The notes under the pieces: generated by a model
Database searches by the model: none
What the model was told of the DNA's origin: nothing
The model's input: only the letters and a program-made list of their open reading frames with translations
Shown: in pieces, positions 39,540 through 48,895 of the stretch
How positions within the stretch are numbered: position 1 is the stretch's first letter
Layout of the letters: the number at the start of each line of letters is the position of its first letter
Program-made: the position numbers and the translations under genes
Assembly: GCA_965205335.1 (NCBI GenBank)
Contig: OZ242164.1
Span: 832,001-896,000 of the forward strand
DNA length: 64,000 nucleotides
From: Candidatus Woesearchaeota archaeon
GTDB taxonomy: Archaea; Nanobdellota; Nanobdellia; Woesearchaeales; UBA583
Direction of reading: 5' to 3'

Positions 39540-40421
39540 ATGGCTTTTTTAGCAGATAGTTTTGATAGATTTGGAATAGACATAGCAGGATTTTTAAGTG
39601 ATGAGTATTTTGTTATTGGTTTATTGTTTATTGCATTTCTTCTTGGAACTTTTGCTATGTTTAAGGGTCTTTTAAGATTTTCATTCAAAAATTCTGGTCA
39701 GTTTCAGAAAAAAGAAATAAATGTTATTGCATTAATGCTATCAATTATTAGTTCTGCTGGGATTTTCTTTATTTTCAGAGATAGCCCTTCTACAATGATT
39801 TATCTCTTTGGGGGATTTGGTGGTTTGTTTATTGTAATGTTTTTGATAATCTTTTTGATGCATACAATGTATACATTTGCAGAACATTTTAAGGATGAAG
39901 ATGGTCTTTTGGGCAAGGGAGTTGGATGGATTTTCATAATGTCTTTAGGAGTTGTTCTTAGTAGTTATCTGCTTCTTGGATATTCAAATCAAGTTATAAA
40001 AGGACTTACGAACAGTGGTTTATTTAGCTGGATTTCTAATATAGTTGGTGTTGTTACTGAACTTGCATTACTTGCTGCAATTATTTTTGGTTTTATATGG
40101 CTTTTTAAAGGCAATGGTTCGGAAAATAATGATAGTAATGCACATCCCTCATCTGATAATGATTCAGGAGAAGGAATTTTTGGTATTTCAAAGAAGAAAC
40201 AGAAGAATAGAAAGGATGCTGGGGAGATTAAAGGTGTTATGGGGGATATGGTAAAAGGGATTCAAAGGGCAGACAGTGCATTTCGTGAAAAACAGGAAAA
40301 GTTGCAGGAATTAAGTAGAATGGTTCAAGCGCAAGCAGATAACTCTCTTCCTCAACAAAACGAGCAACAAGAAGGAAGTTCTCAAGGAGGTGAAAATAAT
40401 GGAAGTAATCAAAGTGGTTAG
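39540..40421 (+). CDS. Multi-TM membrane protein A with C-terminal coiled coil and low-complexity tail
   Basis: About 5-6 TMs; KEINVIALMLSIISSAGIFFI segment shared with 43805-44596. Confidence 0.8.
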   Translation: MAFLADSFDRFGIDIAGFLSDEYFVIGLLFIAFLLGTFAMFKGLLRFSFKNSGQFQKKEINVIALMLSIISSAGIFFIFRDSPSTMIYLFGGFGGLFIVMFLIIFLMHTMYTFAEHFKDEDGLLGKGVGWIFIMSLGVVLSSYLLLGYSNQVIKGLTNSGLFSWISNIVGVVTELALLAAIIFGFIWLFKGNGSENNDSNAHPSSDNDSGEGIFGISKKKQKNRKDAGEIKGVMGDMVKGIQRADSAFREKQEKLQELSRMVQAQADNSLPQQNEQQEGSSQGGENNGSNQSG

Positions 40422-40446
40422 TTGTGAATTAGGAGGTGATTTTTGA
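40399..40446 (+). CDS. Putative 15-aa mini-ORF (MEVIKVVSCELGGDF)
   Basis: Perfect SD GGAGGTGA at 40386-40393, 5 nt before ATG; stop 2 nt before the next ATG. Confidence 0.35.
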   Translation: MEVIKVVSCELGGDF

Positions 40447-40448
40447 AA

Positions 40449-41777
40449 ATGTCAAGACGAAGAAGAGATAATGTAAAACTTATTATTGTTCAGAGAATAA
40501 TCCAACTTAATGATACTCTTATAACTGAAGTTACAAGATGGATTAGACAGATTAATGATATAGATGAAATTTTAAAAAAAGATGAGAATTTGGAAATTGA
40601 AGAGAAGGATATGAGTATGAGTTTTGGAAGAAGGAATTTTTCCAAGAAATACAAAGATTTATTTAAATCAATTCAAATGTATGATAACGATTTAAAAAAG
40701 AGACTTAACAAACTAGAGGAATCATTAGAACGTGAAAATAAAGTACTTGCAAAAGTTTTATCAGAAGTTAGTGTTAGAGAAGTTACAATATCTGCAAGTC
40801 TTTTTACAAGCATTGTAGAACATAACAAAGAACAGGTTAGAATTTACACAGATTTGCATAGAAATTATTGGAATTCATTCTTTGGCAATATTCAACAAGT
40901 AGTTGGAGCTTTTGAAGAGGAGGTTTCAGAAGATTCACGTTTGTTTGTAGAGAAGTTTAGCCATTTGTGTGATGTACTTAGAAATGAACATAGAGAAGGA
41001 AAACCTAATGTTGAGGACTTGTTTCTTCATCTCATAGAATGTGTCGACATATTAAACAGATATATACCAGATAATAATTCAAAAGAAGTATTCATACAAG
41101 GTATTGAAGAGAAATCACATGCAAAAAAATTTGCAGATAATTATTTCAATAGTAGAAATGTTCGAAATCAAATCTTTTCAAATAAAAACAAAATTCATAA
41201 ATTGATTTTAAAGGCGAGAGATGGATTTAAGGCCGAAGGGATTGATAAAGATGGTAGAAAGAAAATTAAGAAATTTACAAATGATGTACTTAAAATCCTA
41301 TTTAGAGGGATTGAGGAATTTAAGGATAGGATTGATGATTTGGGAGGAAGTGATAGTAGTTCAAGTGAAGGGACAGGAAGTCTTACCCGAGAAGAGAAAC
41401 AGAAAATAAAAGAGGCATGGAATCAGATATATAGTCGGATACCTAGTGGAACATTTAATACAAGTGGTATTGTACCAGAAGATAAAGTTACCTTAAAATC
41501 TCATTTGATGAATCTAATGGACACATTATTTGGAGGAGAGGAGAAAATTAAGGAGAATAATGGAAGTTATAAGTGTGCACAGTTTTCAAAAGTATGTAAA
41601 GAAATTAGCTCATCAATAGAAGGTAGGGCTAAGCAAAGTAATGTATGGAATGATTTACTTGATTATGCAAAAAAGAATTATCTCAGTATCACCGATTGTA
41701 ATGATCAAAATGTCAATGAATTTCTCCAACGTTTACATTATGTAATATTAGATTTACAGAATCTTGAGAGGTTCTAA
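40449..41777 (+). CDS. Hypothetical alpha-helical/coiled-coil protein B
   Basis: SD GGAGGTGA at 40432-40439; helical heptad patterns; TTG 40443 is an alternative start. Confidence 0.75.
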   Translation: MSRRRRDNVKLIIVQRIIQLNDTLITEVTRWIRQINDIDEILKKDENLEIEEKDMSMSFGRRNFSKKYKDLFKSIQMYDNDLKKRLNKLEESLERENKVLAKVLSEVSVREVTISASLFTSIVEHNKEQVRIYTDLHRNYWNSFFGNIQQVVGAFEEEVSEDSRLFVEKFSHLCDVLRNEHREGKPNVEDLFLHLIECVDILNRYIPDNNSKEVFIQGIEEKSHAKKFADNYFNSRNVRNQIFSNKNKIHKLILKARDGFKAEGIDKDGRKKIKKFTNDVLKILFRGIEEFKDRIDDLGGSDSSSSEGTGSLTREEKQKIKEAWNQIYSRIPSGTFNTSGIVPEDKVTLKSHLMNLMDTLFGGEEKIKENNGSYKCAQFSKVCKEISSSIEGRAKQSNVWNDLLDYAKKNYLSITDCNDQNVNEFLQRLHYVILDLQNLERF

Positions 41778-43740
41778 AAATAGTAAGATGATCTTTTCAT
41801 TTAAGCATAAAAATCTGTATTCTGATGTAGGGAATGGGCAATGTGTGTTTATTCCATTTAATTTTAATTATATAAAAATAGAATCTTTGTATATTAAAAA
41901 TGAAGCAGGAAATCAGTTCAGTTACAGAATATATTTAGATTTGAATTGCCCATTCACACTTACTCAAAAAGGAGTGTATAGATTTAGAATTCAAAAACTA
42001 AGAACTTCAGGAAATGTAGTTTATCATTATTATTTGCTTAAAGAATGTGTTCAATTGCTAAAAGAAATATTAGAACCAATTCTTCTTGAAATTATTAAAG
42101 GTTCTGGAGATAGACACGCTGACAAACTAACAACACTTGATGAAATAAAAAGAATAAATTCTAAGAAAGAAGATAAAGGAAATGATAAGATTAGATATAC
42201 TGTTTTACACGTTGAAATAGATTCTGTACCTCAAGGGGAGGAACGAAACCCATTTTATTTTATTCAAAGCCCTGACGAAGAATTATTAACACAACTTTCG
42301 GATTTTTCTGAAATGGCAAATGTTATTTATAGCCGTAAAACAATAATGGAAGGCAATGAGGCAAAGAATAAGGTTAAAGAAATATTTAATAAATATGATA
42401 TACCTGAAGATCTTCAAATGCAATTAAGATCTGCATTCAAGATTGATGCTTTTATAGATAGGGATATGAAGAAAATTCAAGTTGGGTGCGGTGGTATTCT
42501 ATATGGTCCTTTTGGAACAGGAAAGACTTTTATTATTCAAAACCCAATTAGAGAAATTTTTGAAGGAGTTTTAGGTTTTGGATATGAAGAGGTTAATCTG
42601 GTTGAAAATGTAGGTACAGACGATAGTATGTATTGGGGAGCAGCAATGAGAACAGTAAATAGGGTCTTCATGCCTATATTTAAGAAAATTCAAACAGAGC
42701 AAAAGCCTTATTTCTACTTTGTTGATGAAGGAGATAAATTTGCCAAGACTCCATCGCATGCAGATGATGATGAAGGGGCAGCGGGTATTAAGAATCTATT
42801 AAATCCTAAGGCGTATCCGGGATTAATATTATGTTTGAACACAAATCTTAAGTCTTCTGAGTTAAATATGGCTTTAATTGGTAGAAGATTAGAAGGTGTT
42901 GAGATTGGGTATCCTAATGAGGAAACTTGTTTTAAAATGTGGAAGATATATAAAAGACTCGTTTTTGGTGAAGATAATGAAGGGAATATTACAGATGAAC
43001 AATACAGAGAATTAGCAAAAATTGTTGCTGGTAGAATTGGTATTGATGCTATTGAAAGTTTTTGTTCACATTATAGAACGCTTACACAATCCGAGATAAA
43101 TGAGGATGTGGATTTTATTGAGTTTAAAAATAAATTTTTTAGGTATGTCTTAAAAAGAGTAAATGATAGAATGGAAAATGACATAAATAAGATAACTTCC
43201 AATCCTGCCACTAATCGTATGAGTGATAGTGAAATTGAGAGTATTAGAAGAGATGCACAGGAGCAAATAAGGAGTATAACAGCAGCATTTTCTGGAAAGG
43301 ATTCAACAGCTATAAATTCTGAATTAATAGAAAAACTTGCTGAGAGTGGAGAGAAGAATCTCTATTTTAAAAATTACAAAATGTTTCGTAAATTACTTTG
43401 TGAGGGTGGAGTGAAGGATGCTATTTTTAAGTACTATAATAATAAATCAGAAATAGATGATGAAGATATAAGCAAGTTAGAAGAATGTTTCGGAAATATA
43501 GATTTTATTATAAGATTTTATGAATATGCACCTTCTGATGTTAAAAATAAATTATTGCCTCTTATTAATAGCATAAATACACTTAGAAATTACATGATTC
43601 ATATTCTATTAGATTTGAATTCTAACAGATTTCGAACAGAGTTTCCACATCTTATAACTGAGAGTGGAAAAAATTTAAGTAGTGAACAAATTGTGGGAAT
43701 TACTACATACCTTATGAGGGAATTGCCAAGTCTTGAATAA
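41764..43740 (+). CDS. Divergent classical-clade AAA ATPase (CDC48/Vps4/PAN-like module) with unknown N- and C-terminal domains
   Basis: Walker A GPFGTGKT, pore-loop-like SMYWG, Walker B YFVDEGD, SRH-like NTN...LNMALIGRRL, then YPNEE. Confidence 0.85.
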   Translation: MRGSKNSKMIFSFKHKNLYSDVGNGQCVFIPFNFNYIKIESLYIKNEAGNQFSYRIYLDLNCPFTLTQKGVYRFRIQKLRTSGNVVYHYYLLKECVQLLKEILEPILLEIIKGSGDRHADKLTTLDEIKRINSKKEDKGNDKIRYTVLHVEIDSVPQGEERNPFYFIQSPDEELLTQLSDFSEMANVIYSRKTIMEGNEAKNKVKEIFNKYDIPEDLQMQLRSAFKIDAFIDRDMKKIQVGCGGILYGPFGTGKTFIIQNPIREIFEGVLGFGYEEVNLVENVGTDDSMYWGAAMRTVNRVFMPIFKKIQTEQKPYFYFVDEGDKFAKTPSHADDDEGAAGIKNLLNPKAYPGLILCLNTNLKSSELNMALIGRRLEGVEIGYPNEETCFKMWKIYKRLVFGEDNEGNITDEQYRELAKIVAGRIGIDAIESFCSHYRTLTQSEINEDVDFIEFKNKFFRYVLKRVNDRMENDINKITSNPATNRMSDSEIESIRRDAQEQIRSITAAFSGKDSTAINSELIEKLAESGEKNLYFKNYKMFRKLLCEGGVKDAIFKYYNNKSEIDDEDISKLEECFGNIDFIIRFYEYAPSDVKNKLLPLINSINTLRNYMIHILLDLNSNRFRTEFPHLITESGKNLSSEQIVGITTYLMRELPSLE

Positions 43741-43804
43741 TTTTATTGATTAATCCTAAGAAGTGAAAGCAAATTTTTATAAGTCATTAAGATAAGGAAA
43801 GGAT

Positions 43805-44596
43805 ATGTTTAGAAAATATTATTTAGCTCTTTTTGGTTTTCTCTTAGCAATAGAGAATTCTTTCGCTAATACCATTACAGAAACTCTCGTGGACACCATT
43901 AGCAGTATTCTTGGTGAAAGGGGCTTGTCAAGTTTAATAACTAATAAATATGTTGTTTTTGCTCTAATATTTATAGGAGTTTTAGTAGGAACTTATAGTA
44001 TTCTTAAAATTCCTCTGTCTATGGCATTTAAAAGCCATCAAAAAGAAGCCAATGTAATTTCAATAATGATATCATTAATATCAACTACTGGGATGTTTTT
44101 TATTCTTACTAACGGAGAACCTTCTCGAGTAGAAGCCGCAATTGCTATTTTTGGAGGAACAATTGGTCTTATAGTTCTATCCATATTTGGAATTTTACTT
44201 TTGGTTTTAGTTGATTATATACTCGTAAATACACTTGAGAGAGAAAGACTATCTCGCTGGTGGGTTGCTGGAATGATTGGTACAGGACTTTTAGTAACTT
44301 CCGTGTTATTAGTAGTTATAGACAAAACAGTAGAATTATATACTGAAACTTCCATGACTCAGTGGTTAAGTGGGTTACTTTTATCATTAGAAAATATATT
44401 TACTATTATCTTAATTTTAACGTTCATCTATATTATTTTCCGAAGTAGGAGAAAAAGCAAAGAAGGGCAAGAATTATTAAAAAGCAATCCTAATATTAGA
44501 AAAGCACAAAATATTATTAAAAAGATTAATAAGAACAATAAAAAAATGAAAGAAATACTAAGGGATATTAAACATAAAGTTGGAGGAGGTTCATAA
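43805..44596 (+). CDS. Multi-TM membrane protein A' (paralog of 39540)
   Basis: KEANVISIMISLISTTGMFFI, IFGG..GL and WLS..L motifs; signal peptide; C-terminal coiled coil. Confidence 0.8.
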   Translation: MFRKYYLALFGFLLAIENSFANTITETLVDTISSILGERGLSSLITNKYVVFALIFIGVLVGTYSILKIPLSMAFKSHQKEANVISIMISLISTTGMFFILTNGEPSRVEAAIAIFGGTIGLIVLSIFGILLLVLVDYILVNTLERERLSRWWVAGMIGTGLLVTSVLLVVIDKTVELYTETSMTQWLSGLLLSLENIFTIILILTFIYIIFRSRRKSKEGQELLKSNPNIRKAQNIIKKINKNNKKMKEILRDIKHKVGGGS

Positions 44597-44597
44597 A

Positions 44598-45641
44598 ATG
44601 GCAGGAAATTTAATAGCGGATTTAATCGAAGATTTTAAAAGTTTAGGGACATTGGCTGAAGTAACTCAAGATGATTTAAAAACTCTTGAAGGTTTATCTG
44701 TAAATCCTGATGAGTTAGATGAAGGTCCACTGGCAAGTATAATTTCACCATTTAAAAAAATGTATCGTAATAATCACTTAAAACTAACAAGTGATGTAAA
44801 TGGAGCTATTGAACACCTTAAAGGAGTTAGTAAGTATAGTGATGAAATAGTAAAATGGCTTGGAGACTTTAGAGTTATAAGAGAACATTCTGAATTAATG
44901 AAGTTATTTAATAATCCTAATCAAGAAGGTGCTACGTTCTCAAGTCAAATTGAAGGATTGTCTCGAAATTTTGATTTATATGTCCAAAAGGTAGGTATGT
45001 CTTTAGAAAAAGAAGAAAATTTAATAGGTGAATCTGCTGAAATAGAACATATGTCTACTTATCGTGATAAAATAGTTAAGAAATTAGAAGAAATTAAAAG
45101 TATTCAAGGGGAGAATAATTATAAAGACATTAAGGAAATGTTTATAGAGTATGCTACAGGAGAGATAGGTAGGAGAATTAGAGATAGTACATCTATAAGT
45201 AAAGTAGTAAGAGAAGTTCTTCCTCAAATTAATCAGTTAATACTTCTGGCAGAAGATGAAATTTTTAAGAAACTTAATGGAAATTTTGATAGTTATAGGA
45301 GGGGAATTATTAGAGGTTTCTTTGTAATATTTTTTGGAGATTTAGAAAAGTTTAAAGAAGAAAATTCTAATGAATATCTAGAAAATTGCCTTAAAGAAAT
45401 TAATGGTCTAGAAACATTGAAATATGGGAATTTTGAAGTAAATATTAAAGACCCAAGTAGAATTGAATATAAAGGTAAGCCCAATGAAATCTTCAAACTT
45501 TCTTCTACCACGTTATTGCATTCAGTTCTTATAAGTCCAGATGGTCTTTCTTTAAGGTTTAAAGATACAAATGATGGAAAAGAAGTGACTAAAAAGATTT
45601 CTACATTAAACCTAAGGACACCTCCTCCCCAAAAGATGTGA
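44598..45641 (+). CDS. Hypothetical helical protein B'
   Basis: SD GGAGGT at 44585-44590 before ATG 44598; Pro-rich C-terminus LRTPPPQKM. Confidence 0.75.
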   Translation: MAGNLIADLIEDFKSLGTLAEVTQDDLKTLEGLSVNPDELDEGPLASIISPFKKMYRNNHLKLTSDVNGAIEHLKGVSKYSDEIVKWLGDFRVIREHSELMKLFNNPNQEGATFSSQIEGLSRNFDLYVQKVGMSLEKEENLIGESAEIEHMSTYRDKIVKKLEEIKSIQGENNYKDIKEMFIEYATGEIGRRIRDSTSISKVVREVLPQINQLILLAEDEIFKKLNGNFDSYRRGIIRGFFVIFFGDLEKFKEENSNEYLENCLKEINGLETLKYGNFEVNIKDPSRIEYKGKPNEIFKLSSTTLLHSVLISPDGLSLRFKDTNDGKEVTKKISTLNLRTPPPQKM

Positions 45642-45784
45642 CATCTCAAAGAGAGCAGTAAGTTTGGGATGTTGAAGTTTCAACGTCTATTTCTGTTAAG
45701 GTTAATAATAATGAAAATAAAAATGATTACTAATGAGTAGTTAAAAAGGAAAGATTTATAAATAAAAGTCTCTTACTCCTTTAC

Positions 45785-46507
45785 ATGGAAAGTTCAGGTA
45801 TTAAAAGAAAAGCTAGCGAGTCAGGCACTCCTAATGGTAGTGATAGAGAAAATAGGTTAACAGAAATCATAGGTTATGTAACCATTGGTAATTTAAATTC
45901 ATATCGGAAGAAACATCCTAAAATAGCAACAGGAGTATTGGCTCTAGCATTAGCAGGTGGTATATTAGGAATTAAATATTGTGGTAATAATGAAGCAGTT
46001 AATGTTCCTCCTACTGTTCAAGAGATCTATACTGAAAGATCAAAGGAGAAAAAACCTGATGAAGTAACAATTTTAGAGGATACATCTAAAGGATCTGATG
46101 TTCCAGCTACTCCACAAACACCTAGTGTTCCAAGTAAAAGTGTTGAGAGGCAACCATATAGTAAAGGACCAGAGAAAGAACCAACAAAGGTCCTCTTACA
46201 AAAAAAAAGCCATTTAGAAGAAATGTGTCCTAACTATAATCCATCTGAAGAGGACAGAGATGATATACTTAGATGTATAAATAAGGAAGCACGTTATTTA
46301 GTTCACGGTAAGCGTGAAGACCAACAATATTTAACAAGTATATCTGGAGTAGTTAATCTTTTAGAAGATGAAAGAATAAGAGGAATTAAGAAAAGAGCAA
46401 TTCTTAGTCCTTATGCTCAAAGATGTGGAATTTCAGAAGATGAAATAAGAAGTTCGAATATAGAAGATTTAGAAGAAAAGGTAAATAGTTGTTATACCTC
46501 AAAATAA
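45785..46507 (+). CDS. Single-TM protein with Pro/Lys/Glu-rich linker and small Cys-containing domain
   Basis: TM ATGVLALALAGGILGI; own TATA at 45755-45762. Confidence 0.7.
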   Translation: MESSGIKRKASESGTPNGSDRENRLTEIIGYVTIGNLNSYRKKHPKIATGVLALALAGGILGIKYCGNNEAVNVPPTVQEIYTERSKEKKPDEVTILEDTSKGSDVPATPQTPSVPSKSVERQPYSKGPEKEPTKVLLQKKSHLEEMCPNYNPSEEDRDDILRCINKEARYLVHGKREDQQYLTSISGVVNLLEDERIRGIKKRAILSPYAQRCGISEDEIRSSNIEDLEEKVNSCYTSK

Positions 46508-46871
46508 AATAATTAATTCTATAATTCTTTAGATAATGTAATTCTTATAGTGGAATCTTTTAATAAGTATTACCATAATTTTACAGTGCAAGATAACTAA
46601 ATTTATAAGAAAATATCTTATAAATTTTATCCTTCTCAGAAATAAGTAAATCAATAAATAAAGAGACAGTGTTTTTGAAAAAACAAAACTATGGATATAT
46701 TTTTACATATAAAATTGATTATGTACATACAATTAGGATAGAGTCTCTCTTTAATAAAATTATGTCAGAAAAGGCACTTAATTGTTTGCTTAAATTTATC
46801 CTTACTTGGAAGTAACAAATACAAAAGCTTTATAAATAATAAGATATTATTACTATTTAACAGTAAAGAAA

Positions 46872-48296
46872 ATGAAAATGAAAACAAATTTAGAGGGTTT
46901 GTGTATACGAGGACTTGCATCCTCATTTAAAAAAAGTATAACGACTGCCGCATTAGCGGCAATGATGGCATCGGGTCCACAAGTTTCCGCACAACAAGCG
47001 GCAATGATGGCATCGGGTCCACAAGTTTCCGCACAACAATATAATCTCGCAGAAAGAACAGATTGTGTTAGTGAAAATGTGGAAGTAGTTTCTCTTGATG
47101 ATAAACAAGGATATTCAGTTGCAAAAACATATTGTCCTAGTAAAGGTAAACCAGTTGGACAATTTAGTGATAGACTTCGAGAGTCTTTGGGTTTGGAACA
47201 GGATGAAAGTAAAGTAATAGAGGCATATTATCTTGATGATTCAGGAAAGCCTGCACTTTCTCCTATTGGTGTGTATTGTACTTTGAATGATTCTCATATG
47301 ACTGACTTAACTCATTTAGGAAGAGATCATCCTTCAGGTGTCCCACTTGGAGTTAGAGTTAGAGAATCTACAGAAGAAGATGGATGTGCTGTTGAATCAG
47401 AGGTTCATTATGCGATTGAAAATGATTTCAATGAAAAATTTGAGGATTTAACTGGTAGAATTAGAAAATTAGAAGAGATTGGTAGTAGTCGCCCACAATC
47501 AGAAAAATCATCGGAAGCACCAGTAGAACCACCTGAGGTACAAGCAGTTCCTGCAGAACCAGTAGAACCACCAACGGAAGTTGTACAAATTCCTCATTTC
47601 GTAGTACCATTAAGAGGTAACAGCACTAAGAATTTACCAGTTGTAGTTTACGAAGATAATTTAGTTAAATCAGTTATAGGATTAGATCCAAGGAATGGAT
47701 ATTCTCCAGAATATGGTAATGCAAGTTATGACTCATTCCAGCTTTCTAATGAAGAAATTGCGAAAGAGTTATTAAGACAAGCAAATTTGGAAAAATTAAT
47801 ACATTCTGTTTCCTCAAAGATAGGTGCTATGGCTGTTAAAGAACATTATGGAGGTGCCCCTGAATTAGGAAGAGATATAATTTTACATGAAACTTTAGGT
47901 GATCTTGGTCTCTCTAAAAAAGAGTTACTTAATGGTGGGTTCAATTACGGAGCAGATTCGGCTGCAGCAGACTTAGTAGTAGAAAGAGCTAAGGAGGGAG
48001 GAATATATACAATGCAAGATCTTGCTGGACTTACAGACAAAAATCTTCTTTCAAAGTTTCTGGATCTTGGATATAAATTTATAACGGTTAAACGTATTGT
48101 CCCCGGCAGTTCTTTTAATCATGTGCGTACTAAAGGAACAAGAAGAGCATTAAACAAAGAGATTAAACGTGCTAAGAAGGATGTTTTTAAAACATGTGGA
48201 TCTTTAGGCTCCCAGAATGGGAGGATAGCATGTGCTTTTGATAGAGGATATCGTGTAATAGGAGAAATTGTTGGGAACAGAGGTAATAGAAAATGA
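46872..48296 (+). CDS. Hypothetical secreted protein
   Basis: Signal-like N-terminus; Pro/Glu-rich linker; ATGA overlap with the next gene. Confidence 0.7.
   Translation: MKMKTNLEGLCIRGLASSFKKSITTAALAAMMASGPQVSAQQAAMMASGPQVSAQQYNLAERTDCVSENVEVVSLDDKQGYSVAKTYCPSKGKPVGQFSDRLRESLGLEQDESKVIEAYYLDDSGKPALSPIGVYCTLNDSHMTDLTHLGRDHPSGVPLGVRVRESTEEDGCAVESEVHYAIENDFNEKFEDLTGRIRKLEEIGSSRPQSEKSSEAPVEPPEVQAVPAEPVEPPTEVVQIPHFVVPLRGNSTKNLPVVVYEDNLVKSVIGLDPRNGYSPEYGNASYDSFQLSNEEIAKELLRQANLEKLIHSVSSKIGAMAVKEHYGGAPELGRDIILHETLGDLGLSKKELLNGGFNYGADSAAADLVVERAKEGGIYTMQDLAGLTDKNLLSKFLDLGYKFITVKRIVPGSSFNHVRTKGTRRALNKEIKRAKKDVFKTCGSLGSQNGRIACAFDRGYRVIGEIVGNRGNRK
46956..47039. repeat. Perfect 42-bp tandem duplication (AAMMASGPQVSAQQ x2)
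   Basis: gcggcaatgatggcatcgggtccacaagtttccgcacaacaa occurs twice. Confidence 0.97.
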
Positions 48297-48871
48297 ATAA
48301 AAAATTAATTAAAATAGTAGGTGCTGCAGCGTTATTATATGGCGCATCTACATTAGAGGCAGGACCACTTCATACTGGTTATGTTGCTAATTTGGAGAAA
48401 AAATATGTAAAAAGAATGTGTAAAGATAACAAAGGATTAAGGGCTAAATATAGAAATAATCTAGAACAGTGTGTACAAGATGTTAATGGAAGTTTCAATC
48501 AAAAAGCTCAGGTAGTTAAGAGGTTAATGGATTTCAATGTTGCAACAGGATATCTTGGTGATAGTCTGCCTCGTCTACCTCAATATTCTATGGTAAGTGC
48601 TTCTGAAGAAGACAAACTTAGAATAGCAGCAAAAGTAGCAATAGATGTGACTCCAGAAACATTGTCATACTTTAATGCCACAATGCTAGAAGTCAAAGGA
48701 CACAATAAAATTAAGGGAGACCTTAATGAAGCAATAAGAGATGATATAATTGCAACGGGAGTACTTACTGCTGTGGGTTCGTTTTTCTTAGGAAATGGTG
48801 TAGCGAAAGCAGTTGAAGGAGTTAGTCATAAATCCCCTAAGATTATGATAAGAGCACCGGGTGTAAATTAA
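48293..48871 (+). CDS. Hypothetical secreted protein with hydrophobic Gly/Ala-rich C-terminal helix
   Basis: Signal MNKKLIKIVGAAALLYGASTLEA; C-terminal IIATGVLTAVGSFFLG. Confidence 0.7.
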   Translation: MNKKLIKIVGAAALLYGASTLEAGPLHTGYVANLEKKYVKRMCKDNKGLRAKYRNNLEQCVQDVNGSFNQKAQVVKRLMDFNVATGYLGDSLPRLPQYSMVSASEEDKLRIAAKVAIDVTPETLSYFNATMLEVKGHNKIKGDLNEAIRDDIIATGVLTAVGSFFLGNGVAKAVEGVSHKSPKIMIRAPGVN

Positions 48872-48895
48872 AAGTTAGAAAGAGGAAAAAATAAA

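Noticed and set aside
39380-39688. 102-aa minus-strand ORF
   Set aside because: Antisense shadow of membrane protein A.
39540-48871. Provirus or canonical ESCRT/Cdv operon
   Set aside because: No integrase, capsid, terminase or att sites; no recognisable MIT, Snf7 or CdvA sequence, and the LRTPPP tail does not match the MIM2 consensus.
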